A DNA stretch of 64,000 nt, taken from Candidatus Pacearchaeota archaeon (GTDB taxonomy: Archaea; Nanobdellota; Nanobdellia; Pacearchaeales; GW2011-AR1). Below, one piece after another: positions 1-8,822 of this stretch (positions are counted from its first letter, which is position 1; the number at the start of each line of letters is the position of its first letter). The position numbers were made by a program, and so were the translations under genes. The notes beneath the pieces were generated by a model. It was given only the letters and a program-made list of their open reading frames with translations. It was not told the origin of the DNA and ran no database searches. The DNA is taken from NCBI GenBank assembly GCA_023136775.1, contig JAGLQO010000005.1:8198-72197 (forward strand). The letters run 5' to 3'.

Positions 1-417
1 TCTAAGCCCAGCTTCTAAATGAATATTTTTATATTTCTTAAACGGATTAAATAATTTAGAAGAAGCTAGGGCCGCAGTAAACGTAGTCATAGTATCTCCA
101 TGATAAATAACATATTTCAAATTAGGAAGTTTGGAAAGTTCCCTTTTTATTTTAAATAATAATCCAAGATTCCAAGTAATAGCCCTCAACTCTTTTGAAT
201 TAAACTTGGAGCTCCCTAAATGTTCTTTTGATAAAGATATATCTGGTTTTTTCACACCAAATGTTTCACACAGATCTTTCAAATTATGTTGCCCGGTATG
301 AATAAAGTAATAAGGAATTTTTTGCTTATCTAGTTCCAACATTACAGGAAAAGTTTTAATTAATTCAGCTCTCGTTCCAAGAATTATAGCAATTTTATAG
401 ATATTTTTATTTTTCAT
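1..417 (-). CDS. wecB: UDP-N-acetylglucosamine 2-epimerase, N-terminal part (gene continues beyond window start)
   Basis: Manual reverse translation from ATG at 417-415 gives MKNKNIYKIAIILGTRAELIKTFPVMLELDKQKIPYYFIHTGQH..., which matches the canonical N-terminus of non-hydrolysing UDP-GlcNAc 2-epimerases. Not in the ORF track because it is truncated by the window edge. Overlaps the stop of the next gene by 11 nt. Confidence 0.6.
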   Translation of the reverse strand, partial: MKNKNIYKIAIILGTRAELIKTFPVMLELDKQKIPYYFIHTGQHNLKDLCETFGVKKPDISLSKEHLGSSKFNSKELRAITWNLGLLFKIKRELSKLPNLKYVIYHGDTMTTFTAALASSKLFNPFKKYKNIHLEAGLR

Positions 418-1378
418 TTTTTTCTAAGTAAAGTATAGTTTCTTTTAGCTTTTTAGAATATTTTTTTAATTTAGGTACACTAGATTCAAGAAAGAGCACG
501 TGGTTTTTTAAGATTATGTAAAAATATTTTTCTTTGATTTTGCATTTCTCCATAATAATATTTTTTAAAGAAATGAAAAGACTTAGATCCAAATTTCCAG
601 ATAATAAATATTCTGCAAGAAAAAATCTTGTAAAATCTCGTAAAATATCTCCATCCTCTACACTTTCTAAATCTATTAAAAATATCTCCCCATCATGTTT
701 TATTAAATTTAATTTACAAAAGTCACCATGACAAGTAACATTATAATATTCTATTTCAGGTATTTTTATATTAGGAATGGGATAAACCTTCTTTCTTGTT
801 ATATAAAGTTCTTTCATGGCATCAAAGTATATTTTATGTTCAACCTTTTTTTTGGTCTTGTTATACATTTCGCATAAAGAACAAAATATTTTTTTTATAT
901 CATTGTTTTTTATCTTTTGTTCAGGAAAAAGGAGTTTTTCTTCTATCAGATCTTTTTCTATTTTTAGTTGAATATTGTAGTTCATATTATTTTTTATATC
1001 CAAATAGTTTTTCTTTATTTTCTCATTTTCTTTTTTGTCGCCGAATGTATACACTTTTTTATTTTCGAAATCCATAAGTTTCAATCTTCTACTCAGAAGG
1101 ATTAGGTCTATATTTTTAAAGGACCTAGTCTGTATCACTTTAAAAAGTTTCAATTTTAACAAAAGTAACAAAATTATTTTTTTTGGAGTTTTATAAATAG
1201 ATAGTCTATGTCTCAAAAATTTGACTGCATTAGGATTGTTTAAATTTACCAGACTTTTTGTTGCGAAACCAAGAGGCACTATAGAATATTTCTTATATAT
1301 TCTCTCCCCAAGATTAACATTTTTTAGCTTTTTTTCAATTTCTTTGAAATGAAAAAAATTATTATAGATATTTTTCAT
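407..1378 (-). CDS. protein-kinase-like phosphotransferase (APH/choline-kinase family)
   Basis: HGDFCKLN (HGDxxxxN catalytic loop), IDLE and DGD motifs in the C-terminal half. Position in a glycosylation locus suggests a sugar or choline kinase (inference). Confidence 0.5.
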   Translation of the reverse strand: MKNIYNNFFHFKEIEKKLKNVNLGERIYKKYSIVPLGFATKSLVNLNNPNAVKFLRHRLSIYKTPKKIILLLLLKLKLFKVIQTRSFKNIDLILLSRRLKLMDFENKKVYTFGDKKENEKIKKNYLDIKNNMNYNIQLKIEKDLIEEKLLFPEQKIKNNDIKKIFCSLCEMYNKTKKKVEHKIYFDAMKELYITRKKVYPIPNIKIPEIEYYNVTCHGDFCKLNLIKHDGEIFLIDLESVEDGDILRDFTRFFLAEYLLSGNLDLSLFISLKNIIMEKCKIKEKYFYIILKNHVLFLESSVPKLKKYSKKLKETILYLEKNEK

Positions 1379-2097
1379 TTTCTCTTTTTTGCTACCGCCA
1401 TAAGATGTGTCCCCAGGAGTATCTTTTTGGAGATTAATTTCTTTTCCACTTTTATCCAGTCATCAAATTTCAATAATTGTCTTTTTCTCCAATGAGGAAT
1501 AAATCCATAGGAATAAATCTCTTCTATTTCAAAATCGCCAATTTTTAAAAGGTTTCTTATATCTTTAACGGAGAGAGTATTTTTCTTCCTTCTAATCAAA
1601 TTTTTAATATACATGATACTATGTTTATTTTGATGAATATTAAATATAAGTCGCCCATCGTTTTTTAGAAGTTTGTTTAATTGTCTTATTACATTTTCTC
1701 TAAGGGGTTTATCTGCATTTAAAAAAAATCTAAAAGCAAGTATCACGTCAAATTTTTCTTTAATTCTGTTTCTATTCTTTTCTTTAGTGATGTCACAACA
1801 TAGTATTTTAGTACTTTTCAATTTATTCTGCGCCATAGAAAGCATTTCTTGAGAGGAATCAACAGCAGTAATATTTTTAAATTTTATTTCTTCAAGATAT
1901 TTTGACACCCTTCCAGTTCCGGCCGCAAAATCCATAATACTGGAAGGTTTTATTTTTGAAAGTATTCTTTTCAATAAGAATTTTTCAATTTCCCAAATTC
2001 GACTACTCCACCCGTCAACCGAATATAATTTCTCATCATAATCTTTACCTATATTTTTAGTTTTATGATATTCAGTGTAGTTATATTTATTTTCCAT
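1375..2097 (-). CDS. class I SAM-dependent methyltransferase
   Basis: Motif I DFAAGTGR and the overall Rossmann MTase pattern. 4-nt overlap with the downstream kinase gene. Directly abuts aglB. Confidence 0.6.
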   Translation of the reverse strand: MENKYNYTEYHKTKNIGKDYDEKLYSVDGWSSRIWEIEKFLLKRILSKIKPSSIMDFAAGTGRVSKYLEEIKFKNITAVDSSQEMLSMAQNKLKSTKILCCDITKEKNRNRIKEKFDVILAFRFFLNADKPLRENVIRQLNKLLKNDGRLIFNIHQNKHSIMYIKNLIRRKKNTLSVKDIRNLLKIGDFEIEEIYSYGFIPHWRKRQLLKFDDWIKVEKKLISKKILLGTHLMAVAKKRK

Positions 2098-4743
2098 CTA
2101 TCTAATAAACCTCAAATCATCAAATTCACCATATTCCCCAGAGACAGAAGTAAATTCTTCTCGAGCAATAATATAATCCATTTCATCTAAATTAACTTGA
2201 TAAATTTTAATAGCTCCTCTATATCCACCGTAGTTAAATCCAAATGGATAAGCAGCCTCGGAGTGAACCAGTTCTAATTCTTCATATTGGTTATCAGGAT
2301 CATTCATCAAATATAATTTAGCAACCAAAGAATCTTTCACTTTTTCGGATAAATACATAGCTGCACCATCTTGATCAAATTGTTGATTAACAACATTTGG
2401 ATAAACATACACAGTAGCATTAATTCCAGTTCCGAAATCTCTCAAATTTCCATTTTGATATAAATATCTTATTGGTAATCTATATTGTTGATTGTTATAA
2501 ACATAAATTCCAATAGGTTGCTCTGCAACATTAAATGTTTGATTCCCAACATTAATCTTTGTTGTTTCAATAGTGATAGCCCCCATTCCAGCCTTGCCCT
2601 TAGGTAAGAAAATATTTTTACCATCCATATTATAAATTAAATCTTCGTCTAACATCGCTCCACCTTGATAAATACGAATAGTCCCATTTGCAGTTTCTCT
2701 AATTTCGGATGGATTAGAAGTTAAAGTTGGGAAATAAGAAGCTCTGTCGCTCGAATCGTTATCGTCCCCAATAGAAGAATAAGCAGAATACTTTCCAATA
2801 TCAGTTGGGTCGATTAATAGATATGAAACATTATGAGCTTTCATAAATGATTTTGCAGTTTCTGGATAAGGAGTAGTTAAGACATATCTACCAATTAAAT
2901 GATCCCAATATCCATTAAAATGACCACCGTCAGTTACTGTCGGCCTGTTCCCACCAGTCTGAACCCAATATCCATAATCCCACCAGTGTAAAAACACAGA
3001 ACCTTCGCTAGTATTCTCACGAACAAATTCCATTGCCTTTTGCCAGTCTGAATTATAAGATGGGGTTTGAGCCTTGGCCTGATAATTAACTGAATTATAA
3101 TATCCAAAAGAAGCCACAATTAATAAAATAGACAATATAATAACAATAACAATTGGGACAATTTTTGTTAACTCATCTTTACTTTTCTTTCCCAATTTCC
3201 CAATTTCAAATAATGTAATAGGAATCATCATGGCGATAAAAGGAACAATCGCAAAGAATACACGAATGGCTGAACGAACTGCTAAAAGCATAGGTATCAT
3301 CCAGGCAGCAATAAAAATCCATTTTGTATCAATCTTCCATTCAGACTTTTTATAAATGTAAATTGAAGAAATTGCTAAAGCCAAAAACGAAATAAAGAAT
3401 AACGATTTAGATACAAAATTTTCTCCATTTAAAATTGAAGAAGAAGAAAGCCTAGTAAATAAAATCCCAAAAATAAAGAACGCAAACGATCCACTAAAAA
3501 TTAATTTATATTTTTTATTCTTAATCCCAGTAGAAATTTTCCCACCAACAATTGCACACCCGACCAAGAAAGTGTAAAACACGGTTTTCCCAACCTGCCC
3601 AATTAAGTCAGATAAATACGGTTGTTTGTTTTCAGCTACGGTTAATCCAACTCTTCCAGTTCCGAACGGATTAATAATTTTTAAAATAATATTACTAAAC
3701 ATTGATAAAAAATTTCCAACAAAAATTTGATAAAAAATTCCACCAACTACAACAGTGACAAAGACAGAAATTATATTAACATGTTTTTTAATTTTCTTTG
3801 GCAATATTTTTATCTTAGTAATAATAGCTTCAATAATAATATAAGTCAAAGCAAATATGGTTAAAATTCCAGTAGCTCCAAGCATATATCTTTTTAGAAT
3901 ATAGCTTAATGGCGTTCCGAAAATTAATCCACCAATAAAAATTCCGCCAATCCATAATCCATAAAATAAAATATTATTAATTTGATTTTTATCTTTTTTT
4001 GTAAACCATCTAATTAAAAATGCAAGAGGTAAAATCATAAATAAGAATGCAGCTCCTCCACCCCAAGAAACTGCGGCAAATGTTGTTCCAATTCCAGCAA
4101 ACAGTCCTATTAATACGGCACCAATTTTAGAAACTTTTTTCTTTTCTAGGTAAGACATTCCAACTGCAAAAAATAATAATGCCAAAAAGAAGCCAAACAT
4201 ACCAATGGATTCATGGTCGCTAAATCCAGCCAAAGTACGATATAAATAAGGAGGAATAATTGCCAAAATTCCAGAAGCCACAACAGCTATAGTTTTATTC
4301 TTAGTAATAAGTAATGTTAATAGAAAAAATACAACCAATCCCAATCCAAAAAATATAACTGGATTTAAAACATTTGCAAAATTCAGAGTAACATTAGGAT
4401 TAAAGATTTTCATTACATTATAAATTAGAACAGTTGCCTGAGGAGTAATTTCTGTAGACCATCCTGAGCCCAAGGCCTGATATCTCATATCATCAACCTC
4501 CGGATAAACTCCATTATTCGCTACTAAAGTTTCCGCATGTCTCAAAAAATAATACGGATCTAAAGCCAATGGCGTATAGTCCCCAGTTGTAACATCAATT
4601 AAATTTCCATTAACAATAGGCTGAATCCTAATATTAACACTAATAAACATAACAAACAAAAACAAAGCAATAGTAACTCCCCACTGAACTTTCTTATTAG
4701 AAATAATAGGTATAACATTTTTCTTAATCTCGTCGAACTTCAT
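2098..4743 (-). CDS. aglB: dolichyl-phosphooligosaccharide-protein glycotransferase AglB/STT3
   Basis: 881 aa with a multi-TM N-terminal half and the signature WWDYGYW motif (HWWDYGYWVQTGG) of STT3/AglB. Confidence 0.85.
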   Translation of the reverse strand: MKFDEIKKNVIPIISNKKVQWGVTIALFLFVMFISVNIRIQPIVNGNLIDVTTGDYTPLALDPYYFLRHAETLVANNGVYPEVDDMRYQALGSGWSTEITPQATVLIYNVMKIFNPNVTLNFANVLNPVIFFGLGLVVFFLLTLLITKNKTIAVVASGILAIIPPYLYRTLAGFSDHESIGMFGFFLALLFFAVGMSYLEKKKVSKIGAVLIGLFAGIGTTFAAVSWGGGAAFLFMILPLAFLIRWFTKKDKNQINNILFYGLWIGGIFIGGLIFGTPLSYILKRYMLGATGILTIFALTYIIIEAIITKIKILPKKIKKHVNIISVFVTVVVGGIFYQIFVGNFLSMFSNIILKIINPFGTGRVGLTVAENKQPYLSDLIGQVGKTVFYTFLVGCAIVGGKISTGIKNKKYKLIFSGSFAFFIFGILFTRLSSSSILNGENFVSKSLFFISFLALAISSIYIYKKSEWKIDTKWIFIAAWMIPMLLAVRSAIRVFFAIVPFIAMMIPITLFEIGKLGKKSKDELTKIVPIVIVIILSILLIVASFGYYNSVNYQAKAQTPSYNSDWQKAMEFVRENTSEGSVFLHWWDYGYWVQTGGNRPTVTDGGHFNGYWDHLIGRYVLTTPYPETAKSFMKAHNVSYLLIDPTDIGKYSAYSSIGDDNDSSDRASYFPTLTSNPSEIRETANGTIRIYQGGAMLDEDLIYNMDGKNIFLPKGKAGMGAITIETTKINVGNQTFNVAEQPIGIYVYNNQQYRLPIRYLYQNGNLRDFGTGINATVYVYPNVVNQQFDQDGAAMYLSEKVKDSLVAKLYLMNDPDNQYEELELVHSEAAYPFGFNYGGYRGAIKIYQVNLDEMDYIIAREEFTSVSGEYGEFDDLRFIR

Positions 4744-5084
4744 TCATTTTCAAACAACTTTCCATTTAAAAAACTTATCACAAATATTTATCACCACTCA
4801 AGGGTATTTCATTTAGATAAGCTTCGCTTATCATATTATATAAGTCTCCCTCATTCCGCTTCGCTACATTCACTCAGGCAAACCACTACATTCTCTCCAC
4901 TTCGTTCCATTCATTCCGCTGCCCACAACTTGTTAAACTAAATCCATAAAGAGTTACGACAATTTTCTAAAGAAAATCATCACACCTCCTCATGGAGCAA
5001 AATAACAATAAAACCACTCCACAAAAAGCAAACTTCTGTGGAAAAATAAGATATCAATTGTTCATTACATTTACCTCAAAAATT

Positions 5085-5330
5085 ACAGCTTCCATAAGAA
5101 CATCGTGGCGTCCGCAGATGCCACGATTTTTTATGGAAGAAAGCAGCCAAGCATGCGAAATTCAATTCTAGGTGCAGGTTGTCCACCTTTATGAAGGACG
5201 GCACCGTCAAGAAATTTAATTTGACCCCAGAAATCCGCAATTCGTGGGTCTGCCGAGGGGCCGCCTTACATTTTTTATTAGAATTTTAATTTTTTATTAG
5301 AAAATTAAAATTCTAATAAAACTAACCAAA
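5085..5330 (+). ncRNA. candidate structured ncRNA inside R1 copy i (identity unknown; weak SRP-RNA-like GGAAGAAAGCAGCCAAG motif)
   Basis: Segment noticeably GC-richer than surrounding DNA. Nested perfect stems cttccata/tatggaag, cgtggc/gccacg, ggtgc/gcacc, gtcc/ggac, gtcaa/ttgac. No ORF. Confidence 0.2.
5277..5317. terminator. perfect 17-bp inverted repeat attagaattttaatttt / aaaattaaaattctaat (AT hairpin)
   Basis: Seen directly. Lies between the structured region and the 3' end of the aglH-like gene, so it may be a bidirectional terminator. Confidence 0.3.
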
Positions 5331-5352
5331 TTTCTTCCCCGGGGTTCTTTGT

Positions 5353-6354
5353 TTAAAGAAGGCCGAACGCAATCAAAATAAACAAAATCTGAAAAGCAAA
5401 AATCAAATAAGTAACCTTCTTCTCAGTAGCCCGCTTACCCAAAATCTTAATCGCCAAATGCTCAAGCCCATAAATTTTATCATAAGGCATTTTCAAAGTT
5501 CCATCCTTCCGCGGAATTCCAAAAGAATGTTTATGAAGTCCCCCACGAAGTTTTAAAATCATCTCTATAATATAAGGGATAAAAACAATCAAAGCAATCT
5601 TTTCAAAATTCCCAAGAATCGCCATACCAGCAATCAAAGCCCCAATAGAATAAGTCATAATATCCCCAGGAAAAACTTTTGCCGGAACTTTATTAAAAAT
5701 ATAAAACGCAACGAGAGCAGCAACCATACAAAGTCCAATAATCGCAAGCCAAGGACTTCCACTTTGATAAGAAACAAACGACAAGAATCCCAAAATTAAA
5801 ATTCCCTGCCCAGCCTCAAGCCCATTAAATCCAGCCAAAAAATTATAAGTTGTAGTTACCCCAGCAACCGCGAAAGGAATAATCAAAAGAGGATACAAAA
5901 TTCCAAAATTAACTGACCCAAAAAAAGGCAAATTCATAGAATGAACTCCAGCATTAACAACCACCAAAGGAATAGACGCAATAAAAGCAAGAGCAACCCG
6001 AACATGACTAGGCAAACCTCCACTCTTCCATCCAAGCAAATCATCAACCAACCCAATAACACCAAGTATCAAAACCATACTAAGCAAAGAAAATATCTCG
6101 ACAACATGTGGAGTTCCGTCAAACAAGAAAGTCTTCAAAGCAAGATAAGATAAAACAGATAAAACAAAAGCCATAACGACGATAACTCCACCTGAAGAAG
6201 CAACATTTTTCGGATGCCCATATTTATTCATATCTTCCCAAGTAAGCCCAATTTTTCGACAATTACGAATCCATTTAGGAAGCGCGAACGAAGCTAACAT
6301 AAAGCTAATCACAAATGAAATCATTAACAGATATTCCATAAAAAAACTGAACAA
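5353..6354 (-). CDS. aglH: UDP-GlcNAc:dolichyl-phosphate GlcNAc-1-phosphate transferase family (AglH/WecA/MraY-like, GT4)
   Basis: About 10 TM segments, IGLVDDLLG (DDxxD-like) and NFLAGFNGLEAG (NxxNxxDGxxGL) motifs typical of polyprenyl-phosphate HexNAc-1-P transferases. Confidence 0.7.
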   Translation of the reverse strand: MFSFFMEYLLMISFVISFMLASFALPKWIRNCRKIGLTWEDMNKYGHPKNVASSGGVIVVMAFVLSVLSYLALKTFLFDGTPHVVEIFSLLSMVLILGVIGLVDDLLGWKSGGLPSHVRVALAFIASIPLVVVNAGVHSMNLPFFGSVNFGILYPLLIIPFAVAGVTTTYNFLAGFNGLEAGQGILILGFLSFVSYQSGSPWLAIIGLCMVAALVAFYIFNKVPAKVFPGDIMTYSIGALIAGMAILGNFEKIALIVFIPYIIEMILKLRGGLHKHSFGIPRKDGTLKMPYDKIYGLEHLAIKILGKRATEKKVTYLIFAFQILFILIAFGLL

Positions 6355-6477
6355 TTAATACTTAAAACACTTCCGTTTTCATTTATTGAAACTTTGTTTC
6401 AATTATATAATTGCACGTCGCTTCGCAACGCACGGCTGCAAATCGCGAAATTAAATTTCGCTCCAACGCATAAAAAT

Positions 6478-6915
6478 TTAAGCCCTTGTTATTTCCAAAT
6501 AAATTCGCTTAGTAAAATCAACTACATCTTTTGCATATTCCAAGTCAAAAATCATCCCATAATAAATCATCCCATTTCTAAAATATCTGAGCTTATTCAA
6601 AAACTGCACATCATTTTCCCGTTCCAGAATTTTTCTAGAAAAAGCCACTTCTGCCTCATGGGCTCCATGCCCAGTAGAAGAATAGCCCAAAAGAAACATT
6701 TTCGAGCGGATACTTTCTAAAATAATATCATAACAGTCTTTAATTACAGAATTAGAATTTTTCTTATTTATTCCCATTAATTCAACTCTTTCAATTAATC
6801 CATCAAAAGAAAGTTTAGATTCTTTTTCCAAAAATTCAGAACGAGATTTATCCACACCCTGTTTCCTAACGATTCCTTTTTCTAAAAAATAATCAAAATC
6901 CTTAAGCAGTCTCAC
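6478..6915 (-). CDS. HEPN domain protein (toxin-like partner of the upstream nucleotidyltransferase)
   Basis: 4-nt overlap with the NTase gene. Size and helical composition fit HEPN. Motif not cleanly resolved by eye. Confidence 0.45.
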   Translation of the reverse strand: MRLLKDFDYFLEKGIVRKQGVDKSRSEFLEKESKLSFDGLIERVELMGINKKNSNSVIKDCYDIILESIRSKMFLLGYSSTGHGAHEAEVAFSRKILERENDVQFLNKLRYFRNGMIYYGMIFDLEYAKDVVDFTKRIYLEITRA

Positions 6916-7457
6916 AATTCAATTCCTCCAGAATAAACGACCCCATTAAACAAATTCTCTTTCAAATTTTTATGTATCTTAGAAAACGAATCATAAAATT
7001 GTAAAATAATTTCCCTCTCCAAAACCCTCTCATATTTATCTAAATTAATTTCCTTTTCCTTCGCCCCAATAATAGCAATATCTATATCTGACTTCAAAGT
7101 GTCCTCGCCTCTAGAATAACTCCCAAATAGCACAATTGTAGCAGTCGGAAATTTCTCCTCCAAAAATAAATAAAGTCCAGATTCATAAATAGAATTAAAA
7201 TTAAAAATTCTTTTCATGTTAACAATTAAAGAATTATCAAAATTTAAATCAATTTCACTTCTCCCAGATTTATCAATCCCAATATTAACTAATTTCATTT
7301 TAACCAATCCAGGAAGCGCCTTCCCAATCGCAGTAGGGGAAACTCCTATTATTTTTGACAAATCTCGCTGACTCAAAACACTTCCAACCTTAACAAATAA
7401 AACATCCAAAATATTTCGTTGTAAAATTGTAAACTTTAATTTATCACTATAAACCAT
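6912..7457 (-). CDS. wHTH-fused minimal nucleotidyltransferase (MNT)
   Basis: LFGSYSRGEDTLKSDIDIAIIG (GSx9-13DxD NTase motif) after an N-terminal HTH-like segment. Confidence 0.6.
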   Translation of the reverse strand: MVYSDKLKFTILQRNILDVLFVKVGSVLSQRDLSKIIGVSPTAIGKALPGLVKMKLVNIGIDKSGRSEIDLNFDNSLIVNMKRIFNFNSIYESGLYLFLEEKFPTATIVLFGSYSRGEDTLKSDIDIAIIGAKEKEINLDKYERVLEREIILQFYDSFSKIHKNLKENLFNGVVYSGGIEL

Positions 7458-7519
7458 AGTTTACACAAGTAAACTTTAGTTTATATACGTTTTGAATAAT
7501 ATAATCAATAAAATTTTCA

Positions 7520-7741
7520 TAAAAAAGCGTGGCGTTTTTCCGAAGGAAAAATTGCTCTTTTATGAAAAAGTACTCCGAACAACGGGAATTTCGCCTCGAA
7601 GATTCGAAACTAGGCGCGTCAAATGACGAAAGAAATTCCCTCAATATATCAGACCGTCTGCGACGTTAGTCGGTAAGCGGTTCGGAAATTGAGGTCCTGT
7701 GTGGACCCCCAAAACCTGAGATTTTTTTCACCAGAAAAAAC
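7520..7741 (+). repeat. R1 repeat, partial copy A
   Basis: Carries ccgaacaacgggaatttcgcc, gcgcgtcaaatgacgaaa, aatatatcagaccgtctgcgac, gtcggtaagcggt, hairpin ggtcc-tgtgt-ggacc and ttttcaccagaaaaaa. Confidence 0.6.
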
Positions 7742-7743
7742 TC

Positions 7744-8598
7744 TCAAAAGAGTAACGGCGTCAAATATACTTCCATTAAAGCCGCAACAATCAAAACACC
7801 AATAGCAATAATTATCAACAATAAGGAATCTTGCAAAATCTTCCAAGTCCCTTCACCTCGAAGATCTTTCCTGATAACTGCAACAGAAACTATTCCACCC
7901 GCCAAAGCCCCAATAAAATAAGCCCCAATCTCAGGAATCCCATGAATCATATATCTTCCCAAAGCCAACGGCAAATTAATCAAACGACCCTTAGTAAAAA
8001 TCCCAATCGCAGCAGCAATAACCGAAGCATTCCAAACCAAAATAAATATAGCTCCCGCCCCAAAGACCAGCGAAAACAAAATCGTAAATATCAAAACATA
8101 AATATTATTAGCAAATATTGCCAGAAGAGCATTAGCTCCAGTAACTGAACCAGTCATCGACGGAACGCCATGTTGCTCAATACAATAGCTGTAATGCGAA
8201 GGAGAATTAATAGCACAAAAAGTTTTTATCTGAAAATTAAAATTCTGTCCAGCACTGTTTGGAAGAACTAAATACCAAATAGAAAGTGCAACAACAAATC
8301 CCAAAAACATCCACATCATAGCTCGAATTGCTTTTGAATGTTCTTTAATCAGCTTCCCAGAATTACTTATCTCAATATCTTTTTCTTCTTCCAACTTAAT
8401 AACATAATACATAAATGGCATACATGCAATAACTGTAAAAGTAACCACAAGGAGTCCACTACCGTCTTTCAAAACAGAATCATTCCCAAAAACAAAAGTA
8501 ACGAGAAGCAACGCAACCGACGCCCAAAACGCCCCAACAAAAAACATTTCCCATGGTCTCCTTTCCGCATGCTTCGGCTTCATTAAAAGTTCTATCAT
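7744..8598 (-). CDS. DUF95/SpoIIM-like polytopic membrane protein
   Basis: 284 aa with multiple TM segments. Weak resemblance to the COG1300 family. GGAGG 7 nt upstream of the ATG. Confidence 0.35.
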   Translation of the reverse strand: MIELLMKPKHAERRPWEMFFVGAFWASVALLLVTFVFGNDSVLKDGSGLLVVTFTVIACMPFMYYVIKLEEEKDIEISNSGKLIKEHSKAIRAMMWMFLGFVVALSIWYLVLPNSAGQNFNFQIKTFCAINSPSHYSYCIEQHGVPSMTGSVTGANALLAIFANNIYVLIFTILFSLVFGAGAIFILVWNASVIAAAIGIFTKGRLINLPLALGRYMIHGIPEIGAYFIGALAGGIVSVAVIRKDLRGEGTWKILQDSLLLIIIAIGVLIVAALMEVYLTPLLF

Positions 8599-8666
8599 TG
8601 TATTTCCTCCAATAGAACTTTTTCTAACTCAAAGGTTTTCATTTGGTGACGTAGTAGTTCTATCAT
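8595..8666 (-). CDS. leader uORF 1 (23 codons, MIELLRHQMKTFELEKVLLEEIQ), stop overlaps main ATG as ATGA
   Basis: Hand translation. Own GGAG 8 nt upstream. First five residues identical to the main gene start MIELL. Confidence 0.3.
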   Translation of the reverse strand: MIELLRHQMKTFELEKVLLEEIQ

Positions 8667-8734
8667 TGTTTCCACTCCATAGAATCTACTCCAAGTACAA
8701 AACCGCAGTTTTTACGCCGTAAAAATTCTATCAT
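8663..8734 (-). CDS. leader uORF 2 (23 codons, MIEFLRRKNCGFVLGVDSMEWKQ), stop overlaps uORF1 ATG as ATGA
   Basis: Hand translation. AGGAG just upstream. Derived from duplication of the gene 5' end. Confidence 0.3.
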   Translation of the reverse strand: MIEFLRRKNCGFVLGVDSMEWKQ

Positions 8735-8822
8735 AATCTCCTTTCCCTCATATCTATATTATATTTAGAACTTATTTAAATGTTCGCCGAAAAGTTAACT
8801 TTTTATATTCGATAAGTTTTGT

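Larger units (their letters stand above)
4841..5340 (+). repeat. R1 mosaic intergenic repeat, copy i
   Basis: Shares agtctccctcattccgcttcgctacattcactc, acgac-ttctaaagaaaatc-tcac and the ctccat-a...t-atggaag stem with the copies at 13985-14530 and 62625-63010. Confidence 0.6.

Noticed and set aside
5085-5330. Confident SRP RNA call
   Set aside because: The GGAAGAAAGCAGCCAAG match comes from memory of the bacterial helix-8 motif. The 5' part of this region is shared with multiple R1 repeat copies, and I cannot verify helix 5 and 6 pairing. Kept only as a low-confidence candidate.
4744-5352. tRNA or rRNA genes in the GC-richer intergenic regions
   Set aside because: No GTTCRAATC T-loop-like box with a matching 7-bp acceptor stem found by eye anywhere in the window. 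Structured regions are better explained by the R1/R2 repeat families.
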